This document shows positions 54,677 through 62,345 of a stretch of 64,000 bases of DNA, one piece after another; position 1 is the first letter of the stretch, and each line of letters opens with the position of its first letter. Source of the stretch: a virus. Its lineage: Duplodnaviria; Caudoviricetes. The DNA lies in the IMG/VR virus record IMGVR_UViG_3300021400_000136, positions 1 through 64,000 of that record; one strand, given 5' to 3'. The notes beneath the pieces were generated by a model. It made no database searches and was not told the origin of the DNA. It saw only the letters and a list, made by a program, of their open reading frames with translations. Position numbers and translations under genes: made by a program.

Positions 54677-54842
54677 CTTCTTCTTCCTCCACGTCAATAG
54701 AAATGTAGTACTCGATCTGCGCGCCACAGTTAGTGCAATGACAGAAATGTACGATGCCTTCTCCCTCCAGCCCGACATCCGAGAAATCAAAGTCGCTGTC
54801 CCAGATCACCGCCCTGGCCAGACAATGGAAGCACTCATACAT
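54597..54842 (-). CDS. Small zinc-finger protein
   Basis: CFHC..VIW..DFD..CHCTNCGA; GGAGG RBS. Confidence 0.65.
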   Translation of the reverse strand: MYECFHCLARAVIWDSDFDFSDVGLEGEGIVHFCHCTNCGAQIEYYISIDVEEEEVEDLQSEYLRQQVEDEDSPQAIRSDV

Positions 54843-55022
54843 CCTTGGCTGCCTCCTTGTTATTTCGGAGATACTGCATGACGGCCTGCCATTCTTCCTT
54901 CAACGTAGGCATCATGACTATGCCGTCATTGCGATACTGTTTTTGTCGCCACTCGTTTTTCCTCATGGCATCTCTGTTCCGCTGTTTCTTTTTCATGCTT
55001 ACCTACCTTTTAAATAGAGTAG

Positions 55023-55104
55023 TGCCGGAGAGGGGACTTGAACCCCTACGGATTTCTCCCTCAGATTTTAAGTCTGATACGTCTACCGATTACGCCACTC
55101 CGGC
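55023..55104 (-). tRNA. tRNA-Leu(UAA)
   Basis: GCCGGAG/CTCCGGC acceptor, TCAGA-CTTAAAA-TCTGA anticodon arm, long variable arm, GTTCAAGTC; no encoded CCA. Confidence 0.88.
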
Positions 55105-55110
55105 ATATAA

Positions 55111-55175
55111 AGCCACCGGCTGGACTCGAACCAGCGACAACCATTACGGGCTCTAGCCATCTGAGCTACGGTGGC
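55111..55175 (-). ncRNA. tRNA-like RNA lacking an anticodon arm
   Basis: Intact acceptor GCCACCG/CGGTGGC, D arm GCTC/GAGC and T arm GCTGG-TTCGAGT-CCAGC. The anticodon arm is reduced to CCGTAATGG. Confidence 0.7.
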
Positions 55176-55192
55176 ATAGTGAATTTTAATAG

Positions 55193-55279
55193 GACCAGGG
55201 GTGGGATTCGAACCCACATGGATATTCTCCAACGGTATGCACACTACCGATACGCGCCTACCAATTGCGCCGCCCTGGC
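55193..55279 (-). tRNA. Atypical class II tRNA (Leu-like body, GUG/His anticodon, C73)
   Basis: GCCAGGG/CCCTGGT; D arm GCGC/GCGC; three extra bases before CGGTA-GTGTGCA-TACCG; variable hairpin TGGA-GAATA-TCCA; canonical T arm. Confidence 0.55.
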
Positions 55280-55289
55280 TTGTGCGATC

Positions 55290-55363
55290 TGGTACTCCGG
55301 GAAAGAATTGAACTTTCGTTAAGGCCTTATAAGGACCCTACTCTGCCATTGAGTTACCGGAGC
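55290..55363 (-). tRNA. tRNA-Ile(UAU)
   Basis: GCTCCGG/CCGGAGT, ACTC/GAGT, GGGTC-CTTATAA-GGCCT, GAAAG-TTCAATT-CTTTC, encoded CCA. Confidence 0.85.
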
Positions 55364-55569
55364 GGGTGTGTGGGATTTCCACCCACGCGGCTTGGTTTCA
55401 ACCTGCGACCCTACTGGTGGGCCAGCTGCCATGAGGTAGATGAAAGGAGGTGGGTGTTCGCGACCACCGACACAGGTAGCATAGCCAGTTGCTGCATGTG
55501 CCTAAAACGCATATCAGAAATCCGTTCGTGCCATTGGACTCCGCGACAAGTCCGGCATAGATACGTAAG
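55364..55569 (-). ncRNA. Candidate structured RNA within the tRNA cluster (anti-SD motif, T-arm-like hairpin)
   Basis: Hairpins at 55530-55556 and 55370-55386; CACCUCCUUUC at 55442-55452; no credible ORF. Confidence 0.35.
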
Positions 55570-55643
55570 CAGAGCCGACAGGATTCGAACCTGTGAATAC
55601 GTGGTTCAAAGCCACGCGTGATAGACCGCTACACCACGGCTCT
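55570..55643 (-). tRNA. tRNA-Gln(UUG)
   Basis: AGAGCCG/CGGCTCT, CGTGG-CTTTGAA-CCACG, ACAGG-TTCGAAT-CCTGT; no encoded CCA. Confidence 0.88.
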
Positions 55644-55678
55644 ATATACGGATGGGGGAAGTACCCCATCCATGGAAC

Positions 55679-55924
55679 TTAGATATCGATGACTACATTC
55701 TCGAACTTCTTATATGCGTCGAGGAAAGCTATATGCTTATCTCCGCTATAGGTCAGCTCGTAGTACATACCATCGTGGAGAGTAGTACTCAGCAAGTACT
55801 TACAGTTCTGTAGGACCTTACACTTCCACACAATGAAGACATCGTAGTGCGGAGCGGGATCTGATGCATCGAGATGTTTGCCCACATACTCCCGGACGAT
55901 CAGCTTTGCTTGAACATCGTTCAT
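55679..55924 (-). CDS. DUF6275-like protein
   Basis: VFIVWKCKVLQN.KYLLSTTL.DGMYYELTY.GDK...LDAYKKFEN. Confidence 0.8.
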   Translation of the reverse strand: MNDVQAKLIVREYVGKHLDASDPAPHYDVFIVWKCKVLQNCKYLLSTTLHDGMYYELTYSGDKHIAFLDAYKKFENVVIDI

Positions 55925-56493
55925 CCAAGATCACCAAAGTCTTCGTCGGAGGATGCGCCACCACCGGAGAGTCGCTCGCCATCTCTGGTCTTGATGCAGT
56001 TGCCAAGGCTCACGGCCACACCTTTGTTCCCGTTCTTATTGAACGGATAGAACTCCAGAGTGACACCACCGTAGCACCCAGCGTAGAAATCTTCCGGTCC
56101 ATTGGCATCGTACCGGATACCTTCCTCCAGTACCTGCACCCCTGGCTTGCGTCTGTTGGATGCGTTGAGGAACATCATACCTTCATAGGCAGGATCGTCT
56201 TCACGTTCCTCGCCATCGCGAAGGGGCTTCTTCAGTGTGGCAGGGATCTTGCCGTTCCAGTACTTCTCCGCACCCAGCTTTGCCGCAGCAGCGATGCCGT
56301 TGTTGACAAGCTTCAGTGCCTCTTCGTTATCCTTCGGGATCAGAATAGATACCGAGTACTTTTCATACTCACTGCCTTCTGGCTTGTATGCTTCGAAGAC
56401 ATGCGGGAAAGAGAAGCGGACCTCGCCGATTCGAATAGCTGTACCAGATTCATTTCTTTTCATGTTAAGATTCATGTTCATTACCTCATACAA
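55921..56493 (-). CDS. Single-stranded DNA-binding protein (DUF2815 / T7 gp2.5-like)
   Basis: VRFSFPHVF, KYSVSILIPK, PLRDG, FLNAS..RKP, GVAVSLGN; acidic C-terminus. Confidence 0.88.
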   Translation of the reverse strand: MYEVMNMNLNMKRNESGTAIRIGEVRFSFPHVFEAYKPEGSEYEKYSVSILIPKDNEEALKLVNNGIAAAAKLGAEKYWNGKIPATLKKPLRDGEEREDDPAYEGMMFLNASNRRKPGVQVLEEGIRYDANGPEDFYAGCYGGVTLEFYPFNKNGNKGVAVSLGNCIKTRDGERLSGGGASSDEDFGDLG

Positions 56494-56513
56494 AATAACT
56501 GTTTTTGTTTAAA

Positions 56514-57701
56514 CTAATTGACGTTATTGTTTGACTCGCCGAGATCCGCAAAGTCAAGTTCAACTGGGCGGTACTCTTCACGCTTGTCGGACACCGGGAC
56601 AAGAGTGAGAGCACCTTTACCCTGGTAGACATAGCCCCCAACCAGAGCATCGAATGCTGAGTGCTTTAATGCCTTTTCTAATTCAGCCGGAGACTTGAGC
56701 TTTGGCTCAGTAAAGATCTGTTCCTTTGAATACCCCGCCCGCGAAAGCTGGTCGATAACTGTGGACTCATCCTTCCACACTCGACCCGGGCGTCTCCCCT
56801 CAACTAACTTGTACCCCGGAATGTGTTCACCGGCGAGAGCTCTGTTATAGACGTAAGCTCTTACATCCTTTATCCATTGCTCCGCTGATTCCAGATAGGG
56901 GAGCATCTTCTCTAGCCTCTCGTCTGGGATTACGTCAGGCGAGTCAAACATATTTTGAATGACGGACAGGGAGTTCAGAACATTCTCCCTACAGATTGCT
57001 TTTACGTTGCAGAATTGGCAATGCTCACCGCTCTTAAATTCTCCTTGTCCAGTCCATGCCAATTGTGCAGCGGGTCTGATTACCTCGTCCGCCCAGCTGA
57101 GAAGGTCTTCTATCGGAAGTATTTCCTCCGTTACCGAGTCAAGCCTCGGCTGAATTATCATTTCCTTTACGTGCTTAATATCGTAGATCTCCCGGAACGC
57201 TGCGTAAGCACCTAACGCATAGATCCTAGCCTGATAGTTTCCAACCGCAGATACGGGGACACCTTTGCCGTATTTTAGATCTTGTACGATCAGTCCACCT
57301 TCGAACACGATCACCGCGTCCGATGTGCCAAAGCATTCCGGTATCCACTCAGACATATCCAGCCGCTGCTCTACAAAAAGTTGGGCGGTCGGATCAATCT
57401 TTCGTACGGCATACAGTTCCGACATGACCACATCAACGTAGTCATCTGTCGCACGATCCATGTCGCGAGGTATATCACCAAGCGACTTGACCTGTTCAGT
57501 GTAGCTGAAGTCATTGATTTCTCCATTCTCTCTACGGAGTTTTAACTCCGCCAGACTATGGGCCAACGTACCTTCTTCCGCATATTCACTCGACTTATCA
57601 CCGAATAGTTCTCTGTACTTCTGGTTCAGCCTCCCGGATGGCGGACATGTAATCCACCGCTTCGCCGCACTCGGTGATAAAGCCGCATGCATAGTAGGCA
57701 T
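56514..57701 (-). CDS. DUF2800-family Cas4-like PD-(D/E)xK nuclease
   Basis: HAALSPSAAKRWITCPPS, EGTLAH, FGTSDAVI, DLKYGKG, IIQPR, G.HCQFC..K..C. Confidence 0.88.
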   Translation of the reverse strand: MPTMHAALSPSAAKRWITCPPSGRLNQKYRELFGDKSSEYAEEGTLAHSLAELKLRRENGEINDFSYTEQVKSLGDIPRDMDRATDDYVDVVMSELYAVRKIDPTAQLFVEQRLDMSEWIPECFGTSDAVIVFEGGLIVQDLKYGKGVPVSAVGNYQARIYALGAYAAFREIYDIKHVKEMIIQPRLDSVTEEILPIEDLLSWADEVIRPAAQLAWTGQGEFKSGEHCQFCNVKAICRENVLNSLSVIQNMFDSPDVIPDERLEKMLPYLESAEQWIKDVRAYVYNRALAGEHIPGYKLVEGRRPGRVWKDESTVIDQLSRAGYSKEQIFTEPKLKSPAELEKALKHSAFDALVGGYVYQGKGALTLVPVSDKREEYRPVELDFADLGESNNNVN

Positions 57702-58192
57702 TACAGCAGCCCCTTCAGCTTAGAGATTACTTCGCCATACTTGCTGGCAGGGATTGCTTCGAGTCCATCACATCCCGCGTTGTCGCGTATCCACTGCTTC
57801 GGACTACCGATCTTCCCGGCTGCCTTCGCTGCAGACAGAGCGGCTTTCACATCAGCGAGTTTGAACTCTTCCGCCACTTCAGTTTCCTCCGGCTCCACAG
57901 GAATGGGATCACCAACCACAGCAGGGGAGAACTTCTCTGCCTCGGACGTGGGCGGATTGAACGGGACGATATTTGCATCGGCCTCTGTCACCTGCCCAAC
58001 CTCTGGCGGCTGGGGTTTCGGGTATCCAATACGGAGAACCCAGTCAACATTGTCTATCGATGCAGCGAACCGCTCGAGGTTCTCCAGAAGAACACCATAC
58101 GCAAGGGATGTCGGATCAGTCTGCGGGATCAGTTCAACAAGTCTCTTCAGTTCGTCAGCAGAGAATTGTGTCATAGTCAATTCATTATCCAT
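57701..58192 (-). CDS. Hypothetical replication-module protein
   Basis: Usual position upstream of DUF2800; C-terminal KLADVKAAL..G...L..IPASKY motif. Confidence 0.7.
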   Translation of the reverse strand: MDNELTMTQFSADELKRLVELIPQTDPTSLAYGVLLENLERFAASIDNVDWVLRIGYPKPQPPEVGQVTEADANIVPFNPPTSEAEKFSPAVVGDPIPVEPEETEVAEEFKLADVKAALSAAKAAGKIGSPKQWIRDNAGCDGLEAIPASKYGEVISKLKGLL

Positions 58193-58208
58193 AGATACTC
58201 CTTAAAGC

Positions 58209-58400
58209 TTATTCCATATTCAGACCAAGGTAGGCCATGATAACACAGCCGAAGGTTATTACTATCTCGATAGCACACCAGGCCATACCCTCCAGCCTCT
58301 TGAATCCATCAGCAGACTTCAGTCCATTACGCAGGGAAACTACACCGGATACCATGGAGACAAGTCCTGCTGCCGTTAATATATAAGGTAGATAACTCAT
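58209..58400 (-). CDS. Small two-TM membrane protein
   Basis: Two hydrophobic segments; AGGAG RBS. Confidence 0.6.
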   Translation of the reverse strand: MSYLPYILTAAGLVSMVSGVVSLRNGLKSADGFKRLEGMAWCAIEIVITFGCVIMAYLGLNME

Positions 58401-58487
58401 ACTGTTTTCTCCTACATTCCTAACAGGGATGTAGGGAATTTCCGCATCTCTGTACGGTTATTAAATTCCCTACTCCTGTGAGTGGAC

Positions 58488-59012
58488 TTACTTCTTCAGT
58501 CTATCCATCCCGTCCTCATTCGCCTTGTCGATAAGAAAGTACTTCAGATCGACGAGAAACTCGGGCGGATCGAGCAGGATCTTCAGCGCATCGTTGTATG
58601 CCTTGACATCCTTGTCTCGGATTGGAAGCTTCTCCCTGATGGCCTGCTCGAGGGTGGCCTCGGCTGCGGAGATCTTCAGCAGGGCATCAGCTTTCTCCGG
58701 CCCATCCTTTTTAACAGACTCGAGGTATGCCTTCTTCGCACTGTCCTCGTACTCCTCCAGCTCTGCCTCTTCATCATCCTCATCTTTCTCCCCATCGTCA
58801 TCGATGGAGGTAAGGAAGTCGATGAATTCTTTGAAGTCTTTAAACTCCTTCTCTTCCAGTGGTGTGTCATCGATATCATCAATATCGATAGGGCAGGTGT
58901 CCTTACCTTCACAGGTGGACTCGTCCTCGTCGTCCGGTACGGTACGCTTGATGGTGATCTCCACATCGTCGTCGCCATTGATAACTTCATTCAACAGATC
59001 TTTGATGGTCAT
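58488..59012 (-). CDS. Acidic hypothetical protein
   Basis: GGAGG RBS; D/E-rich. Confidence 0.65.
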   Translation of the reverse strand: MTIKDLLNEVINGDDDVEITIKRTVPDDEDESTCEGKDTCPIDIDDIDDTPLEEKEFKDFKEFIDFLTSIDDDGEKDEDDEEAELEEYEDSAKKAYLESVKKDGPEKADALLKISAAEATLEQAIREKLPIRDKDVKAYNDALKILLDPPEFLVDLKYFLIDKANEDGMDRLKK

Positions 59013-59013
59013 G

Positions 59014-59235
59014 TTAATAATCCTCCAAATTTATATCTACATCAGAGCTGTTGTCCCTGTTGTAGTCGTAGTCAATCGCACAGTCACTCGGTGCTCCCCA
59101 GTGTTTGCACCAATCATGGTTGCGAATGTTGTCGATCCTGTGCCCATCACACAAACATTCTCCGGTGTACCAGTCGTCCTCACTATGCAGCATCTTGTTA
59201 CAGTTAAGGCAGTACCTTATCTTCTGCTTCTTCAT
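59014..59235 (-). CDS. Hypothetical Cys-rich protein
   Basis: CLNC..C.C..WCKHW. Confidence 0.55.
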   Translation of the reverse strand: MKKQKIRYCLNCNKMLHSEDDWYTGECLCDGHRIDNIRNHDWCKHWGAPSDCAIDYDYNRDNSSDVDINLEDY

Positions 59236-59654
59236 CCCGCCCTCCTAGGTACAAGCTCTCGGTACAGTTCTCCGATGTACTCGTATCCTTTCGGACAAGT
59301 CCGCGCCTTGGTCGTACGATACTTTACCCGCTTGCCCGTCTCTTTGTTCTTACAGAGGATGATGTAGTTCCAGACAATATCCTCTATGCCGAACCTCCTG
59401 CAGAGAGTGCAAATGGAGTTGATCGCCGTCACAGCAGCAGCAGCCTGGAGTTTGTAGTAGCCTGTGCGGATCGGCTGAACTACTTTCCTCGCATCGACAC
59501 CGTGCTCCAGCAGCAGCTTGATATGTTCCTCGATCCAGTCCAGTTGCCATTGCTCCGGCGGCTTCCTTTCCGGAACAGCCTGCGGATAGCATGTATCCCC
59601 ACGGAGACCTTTGATCTTGTTATTAAGCTTTTCGTGGTTATACTTCGTGCTCAT
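59232..59654 (-). CDS. Hypothetical protein
   Basis: AAGGAGG RBS 9 nt before the MSTKYN start. Confidence 0.55.
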   Translation of the reverse strand: MSTKYNHEKLNNKIKGLRGDTCYPQAVPERKPPEQWQLDWIEEHIKLLLEHGVDARKVVQPIRTGYYKLQAAAAVTAINSICTLCRRFGIEDIVWNYIILCKNKETGKRVKYRTTKARTCPKGYEYIGELYRELVPRRAG

Positions 59655-60234
59655 CGTCGGCATCCTCCTTAAACCATTCCTCAATCGGTACTGTCGTGCA
59701 CCGGAGAGGTAAGATGCATTGATCACACCAGGGGCTTATCCATCCTGTACTGATCCGTGTAGCAGGAGCACCACAGTTGATGCATGTCCTTTTTGACAGC
59801 TCCTCGTACTTCGGGATGATCTCCCGGAAGATCTTGTCCGTGCCACCAAAGTCGCACCATCTCAGCTCGCCGTACTTCTCTTTGATCTGCGTGACCCTGT
59901 ACTTGTCCACACAGTTGTGCTCGACCAGCTCCTGCATGATCTCCTCGCACATCTGTTCGCCGAATGCTTTACGCCATCCCTCTGGCATATCATCCAGCTT
60001 GGTGTACTCCCAGTCGTAATCGGGGTGATGGTCTGGTGATCCCGGCCAGTAGCCTTCTTCACCGTCTGGACCACAGCAATCCGTGATCCGCTTACCGCTC
60101 CACTCATTAGTAGGAATGAGGAATGGGAACCGCTTGCACAATTTTTTGTTCCGCTTCTTTACAGACTTCGGAACCTCCGGAGAAGTAGCCTCGACAATTA
60201 CGCTGTTCTCCATGTCCTGATAGCTATCACTCAT
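59638..60234 (-). CDS. Hypothetical protein
   Basis: LCKRFPFL..LDDMPEGWRKAFG..QIKEKYGELR..CINCG motif seen in phage accessory proteins. Confidence 0.7.
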   Translation of the reverse strand: MSDSYQDMENSVIVEATSPEVPKSVKKRNKKLCKRFPFLIPTNEWSGKRITDCCGPDGEEGYWPGSPDHHPDYDWEYTKLDDMPEGWRKAFGEQMCEEIMQELVEHNCVDKYRVTQIKEKYGELRWCDFGGTDKIFREIIPKYEELSKRTCINCGAPATRISTGWISPWCDQCILPLRCTTVPIEEWFKEDADDEHEV

Positions 60235-60466
60235 CGTCGGCCTCCGTGGATACAATATCGAAGGCCTCACCAAGCTGCGCCAAACAGTCGGCCAGGTGAA
60301 ACACCATGTCCTTCAGACTTCCAAGGGTGTAGCCCTCAAGACACTTCTCCTGCTCCTCGTGAGTCAGATCAGAGAAACATCTATCCTCCCACCTGCCATT
60401 CCGCAGGACTCTAAAGTAGATCCCATCCAGATCTCTCTTAACAGGGATCTCTTCCTTATTACTCAT
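60227..60466 (-). CDS. Hypothetical protein (paralogue A)
   Basis: RDLDGIYFRVLRNGRWEDRCFSDLT.EEQ. Confidence 0.7.
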   Translation of the reverse strand: MSNKEEIPVKRDLDGIYFRVLRNGRWEDRCFSDLTHEEQEKCLEGYTLGSLKDMVFHLADCLAQLGEAFDIVSTEADDE

Positions 60467-60686
60467 CGTCTTTCTCCGTTTCGTTCAAGTCATAGTCATC
60501 GCCGAGTCTCATTATCGTATCGGTCATGATGTTCAGCATGGTGTATAGCCACTCTCGATCCCGTCCATTCATCTGGATCTTCCGCTCTTCTTCAGTGAGA
60601 TCGGAGAAGCATACGTTCTGCATTCTTCCATTCCGGCCTACTCTAAATCTGACCGGATCTAAACTTCTTTGTTCTGGGTATACCAT
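60459..60686 (-). CDS. Hypothetical protein (paralogue B)
   Basis: RSLDPVRFRVGRNGRMQNVCFSDLTEEE. Confidence 0.65.
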   Translation of the reverse strand: MVYPEQRSLDPVRFRVGRNGRMQNVCFSDLTEEERKIQMNGRDREWLYTMLNIMTDTIMRLGDDYDLNETEKDDE

Positions 60687-60713
60687 ATGTTGTGTTTCCT
60701 TAATTCGCTATGC

Positions 60714-60737
60714 ATGAATAAATATGCATTTATTCAT
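60714..60737. promoter_or_regulatory. Operator-like palindrome ATGAATAAAT-ATGC-ATTTATTCAT
   Basis: Perfect 10-bp inverted repeat with a 4-nt spacer just upstream of the replication operon. Confidence 0.55.
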
Positions 60738-60817
60738 TTTAAACTTTTCCGCGCCTCATAACCTGCGCATCCCGATAGTGTATAATAGGGTATAAATTCT
60801 TTTCCACATTTTATCCT

Positions 60818-61016
60818 GGCCTCTGCCCCTTCTCGCTGCCCTTCTGCATATCAAAGTCTGTTGAGGTAGAGTCAGAAAGGAATGTATATGAAGGCAACAT
60901 ATTTAAAAAGGAAAGAAGTGATGCTCAGGAGGTAGGGTTAAATGATCGACCGGCCAAAGTCAATCTCGCTCTATTGAGCAACGAACTACGAAGGGCAGGG
61001 AGAAAAAGCAGAGGCC
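60818..61016 (-). ncRNA. Candidate ~200-nt structured RNA closed by a 27-bp long-range stem
   Basis: Arms 60818-60844 and 60990-61016: 26/27 pairs on - (three G.U) but only 23/27 on +. Confidence 0.5.
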
Positions 61017-61054
61017 TGTAGGATCAAACGTAGGAGGAAAGGAATAGAAGAAAC

Positions 61055-61549
61055 TTATTCACCGATTGGCTTTTCTATCTCGGACCAGTAGAGTACATGG
61101 CCATTGAATCGGTCATCTGTTTTCCCGCCAGCACCATCGAGGTATCGCCACTCGCCATTCACTGCGTCAAAGAACAGGGTCAAATACCGGAGTGCTGAGC
61201 TGTACTTCAGCTTGAATGCGGCAAGGTAGAAACCGTCACGCTTCGGAAGATAGAAGTTGGAGTCAACCCAAGGTGTGTCCTGTTCCACTCCGAGGATCTC
61301 AGGCACCGATGTTTTCAGCACAAGGGCTATAGCCTTAATGATCTGCATGTCACGGGGTCTGTTTCCTTTCCGCTCCAGACTTGCTATCCCGCATCTCGAC
61401 AGCCCAACCATGTTCGCCAGCTGCTGCTGTGACAGTCCTGCTTTCAATCTGTACTTCCGTATCTGGTTAGGGGGAGTGGTGTAGTCATGTGCTGGCTTGT
61501 AATTCGCGGCTGTAATTGGTCTGCCTGGTTTATTCATCGGATTATCCAT
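61055..61549 (-). CDS. XRE-family HTH protein fused to a DUF551-like domain (Cro-like position)
   Basis: IRKYRLKAGLSQQQLANMVGLSRCGIASLE; C-terminal W..LP..DG.YL..W..V..W. Confidence 0.75.
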   Translation of the reverse strand: MDNPMNKPGRPITAANYKPAHDYTTPPNQIRKYRLKAGLSQQQLANMVGLSRCGIASLERKGNRPRDMQIIKAIALVLKTSVPEILGVEQDTPWVDSNFYLPKRDGFYLAAFKLKYSSALRYLTLFFDAVNGEWRYLDGAGGKTDDRFNGHVLYWSEIEKPIGE

Positions 61550-61552
61550 ACA

Positions 61553-61774
61553 CTACCCCCATTCCACTTCACTCGGATCGATGTACTCGATCTGCGTCTT
61601 ATGGTACTTGAACAATCTCTCATCGCTCATCTCTGGTTCCGTCTTGTACCAGTCATTCCGTTCCCAGTACTTGTCATTGCTCATGTACTCATAGGTTCTT
61701 CTGTACTGACTGGCAAGAATCGCTGCGGCTGCGAAACCAAGTGCTGCAAATATGATCGCCTGTAATACTGTCAT
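61553..61774 (-). CDS. Small membrane-anchored protein
   Basis: N-terminal hydrophobic helix; AAGGA RBS; first gene after the leftward promoter. Confidence 0.6.
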   Translation of the reverse strand: MTVLQAIIFAALGFAAAAILASQYRRTYEYMSNDKYWERNDWYKTEPEMSDERLFKYHKTQIEYIDPSEVEWG

Positions 61775-61820
61775 TGTGTTGTCCTTTCTTGCTGATCGTC
61801 TCGGTTTGAAACAGCTTCTC

Positions 61821-61958
61821 GACTCGATGTGAGTCTACTATAGCACACGTCGACTCAGAATGCAACATATTTTTTGACTCGAAACGCGACTTTCTTTTTT
61901 AAATTTTTTGTAATTTGTTGTTGCTTTTTGAGTCAACGTATGCTACACTAAACGAGTC
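61821..61958. promoter_or_regulatory. Genetic switch: divergent twin promoters with GACTC/GAGTC operator half-sites
   Basis: Left: TTGCAT-TCTGAGTCGACGTGTGC-TATAGT (61865-61837). Right: TTGCTT-TTTGAGTCAACGTATGC-TACACT (61921-61949). Perfect GACTC-N5-GAGTC at 61821-61835. Confidence 0.75.
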
Positions 61959-62000
61959 AATAATGCTACGATTATATTCTAAGAAAGGGAGGAACCGGGA

Positions 62001-62345
62001 ATGTCAACCACGGAACTGTCCAGAAGATTAAATGCTTTAAGAACATACCTAGGCCTGTCACAGGAGCGAGCGGCTAAGCAGCTTGGCATCCCACGGACTA
62101 CCCTGTCGGGCTGGGAGAGGGGAGCAAGAGAGCCAGATGCTGAGTCACTGAAGAAGCTTGCCGACCTCTACCATTGTACGATTGATTACATCCTCGGCTA
62201 TGCAGAGGACGGAGTTGATGAAGAGCTGTCTCCCAACCAGAAGGTGCTGTTCAACAAACTCCGTGGCTGCACAGATGAGGAGGCTAAGCAGGTACTGGAT
62301 ATCCTTGCTGTGGTCCAGAGGAATAAGAACCCGTCGGATTACTGA
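62001..62345 (+). CDS. CI-like XRE repressor
   Basis: LRTYLGLSQERAAKQLGIPRTTLSGWERGAREPD..LADLYHCTIDYILG; GGAGG RBS. Confidence 0.88.
   Translation: MSTTELSRRLNALRTYLGLSQERAAKQLGIPRTTLSGWERGAREPDAESLKKLADLYHCTIDYILGYAEDGVDEELSPNQKVLFNKLRGCTDEEAKQVLDILAVVQRNKNPSDY

Noticed and set aside
54845-55621. + strand ORFs over the tRNA cluster
   Set aside because: They are antisense to tRNA genes and read as tRNA complement.
59723-60107. Alternative-frame ORFs 59723..59950 and 59862..60107
   Set aside because: Shadows of 59638..60234, with no independent RBS or linker-like signature.
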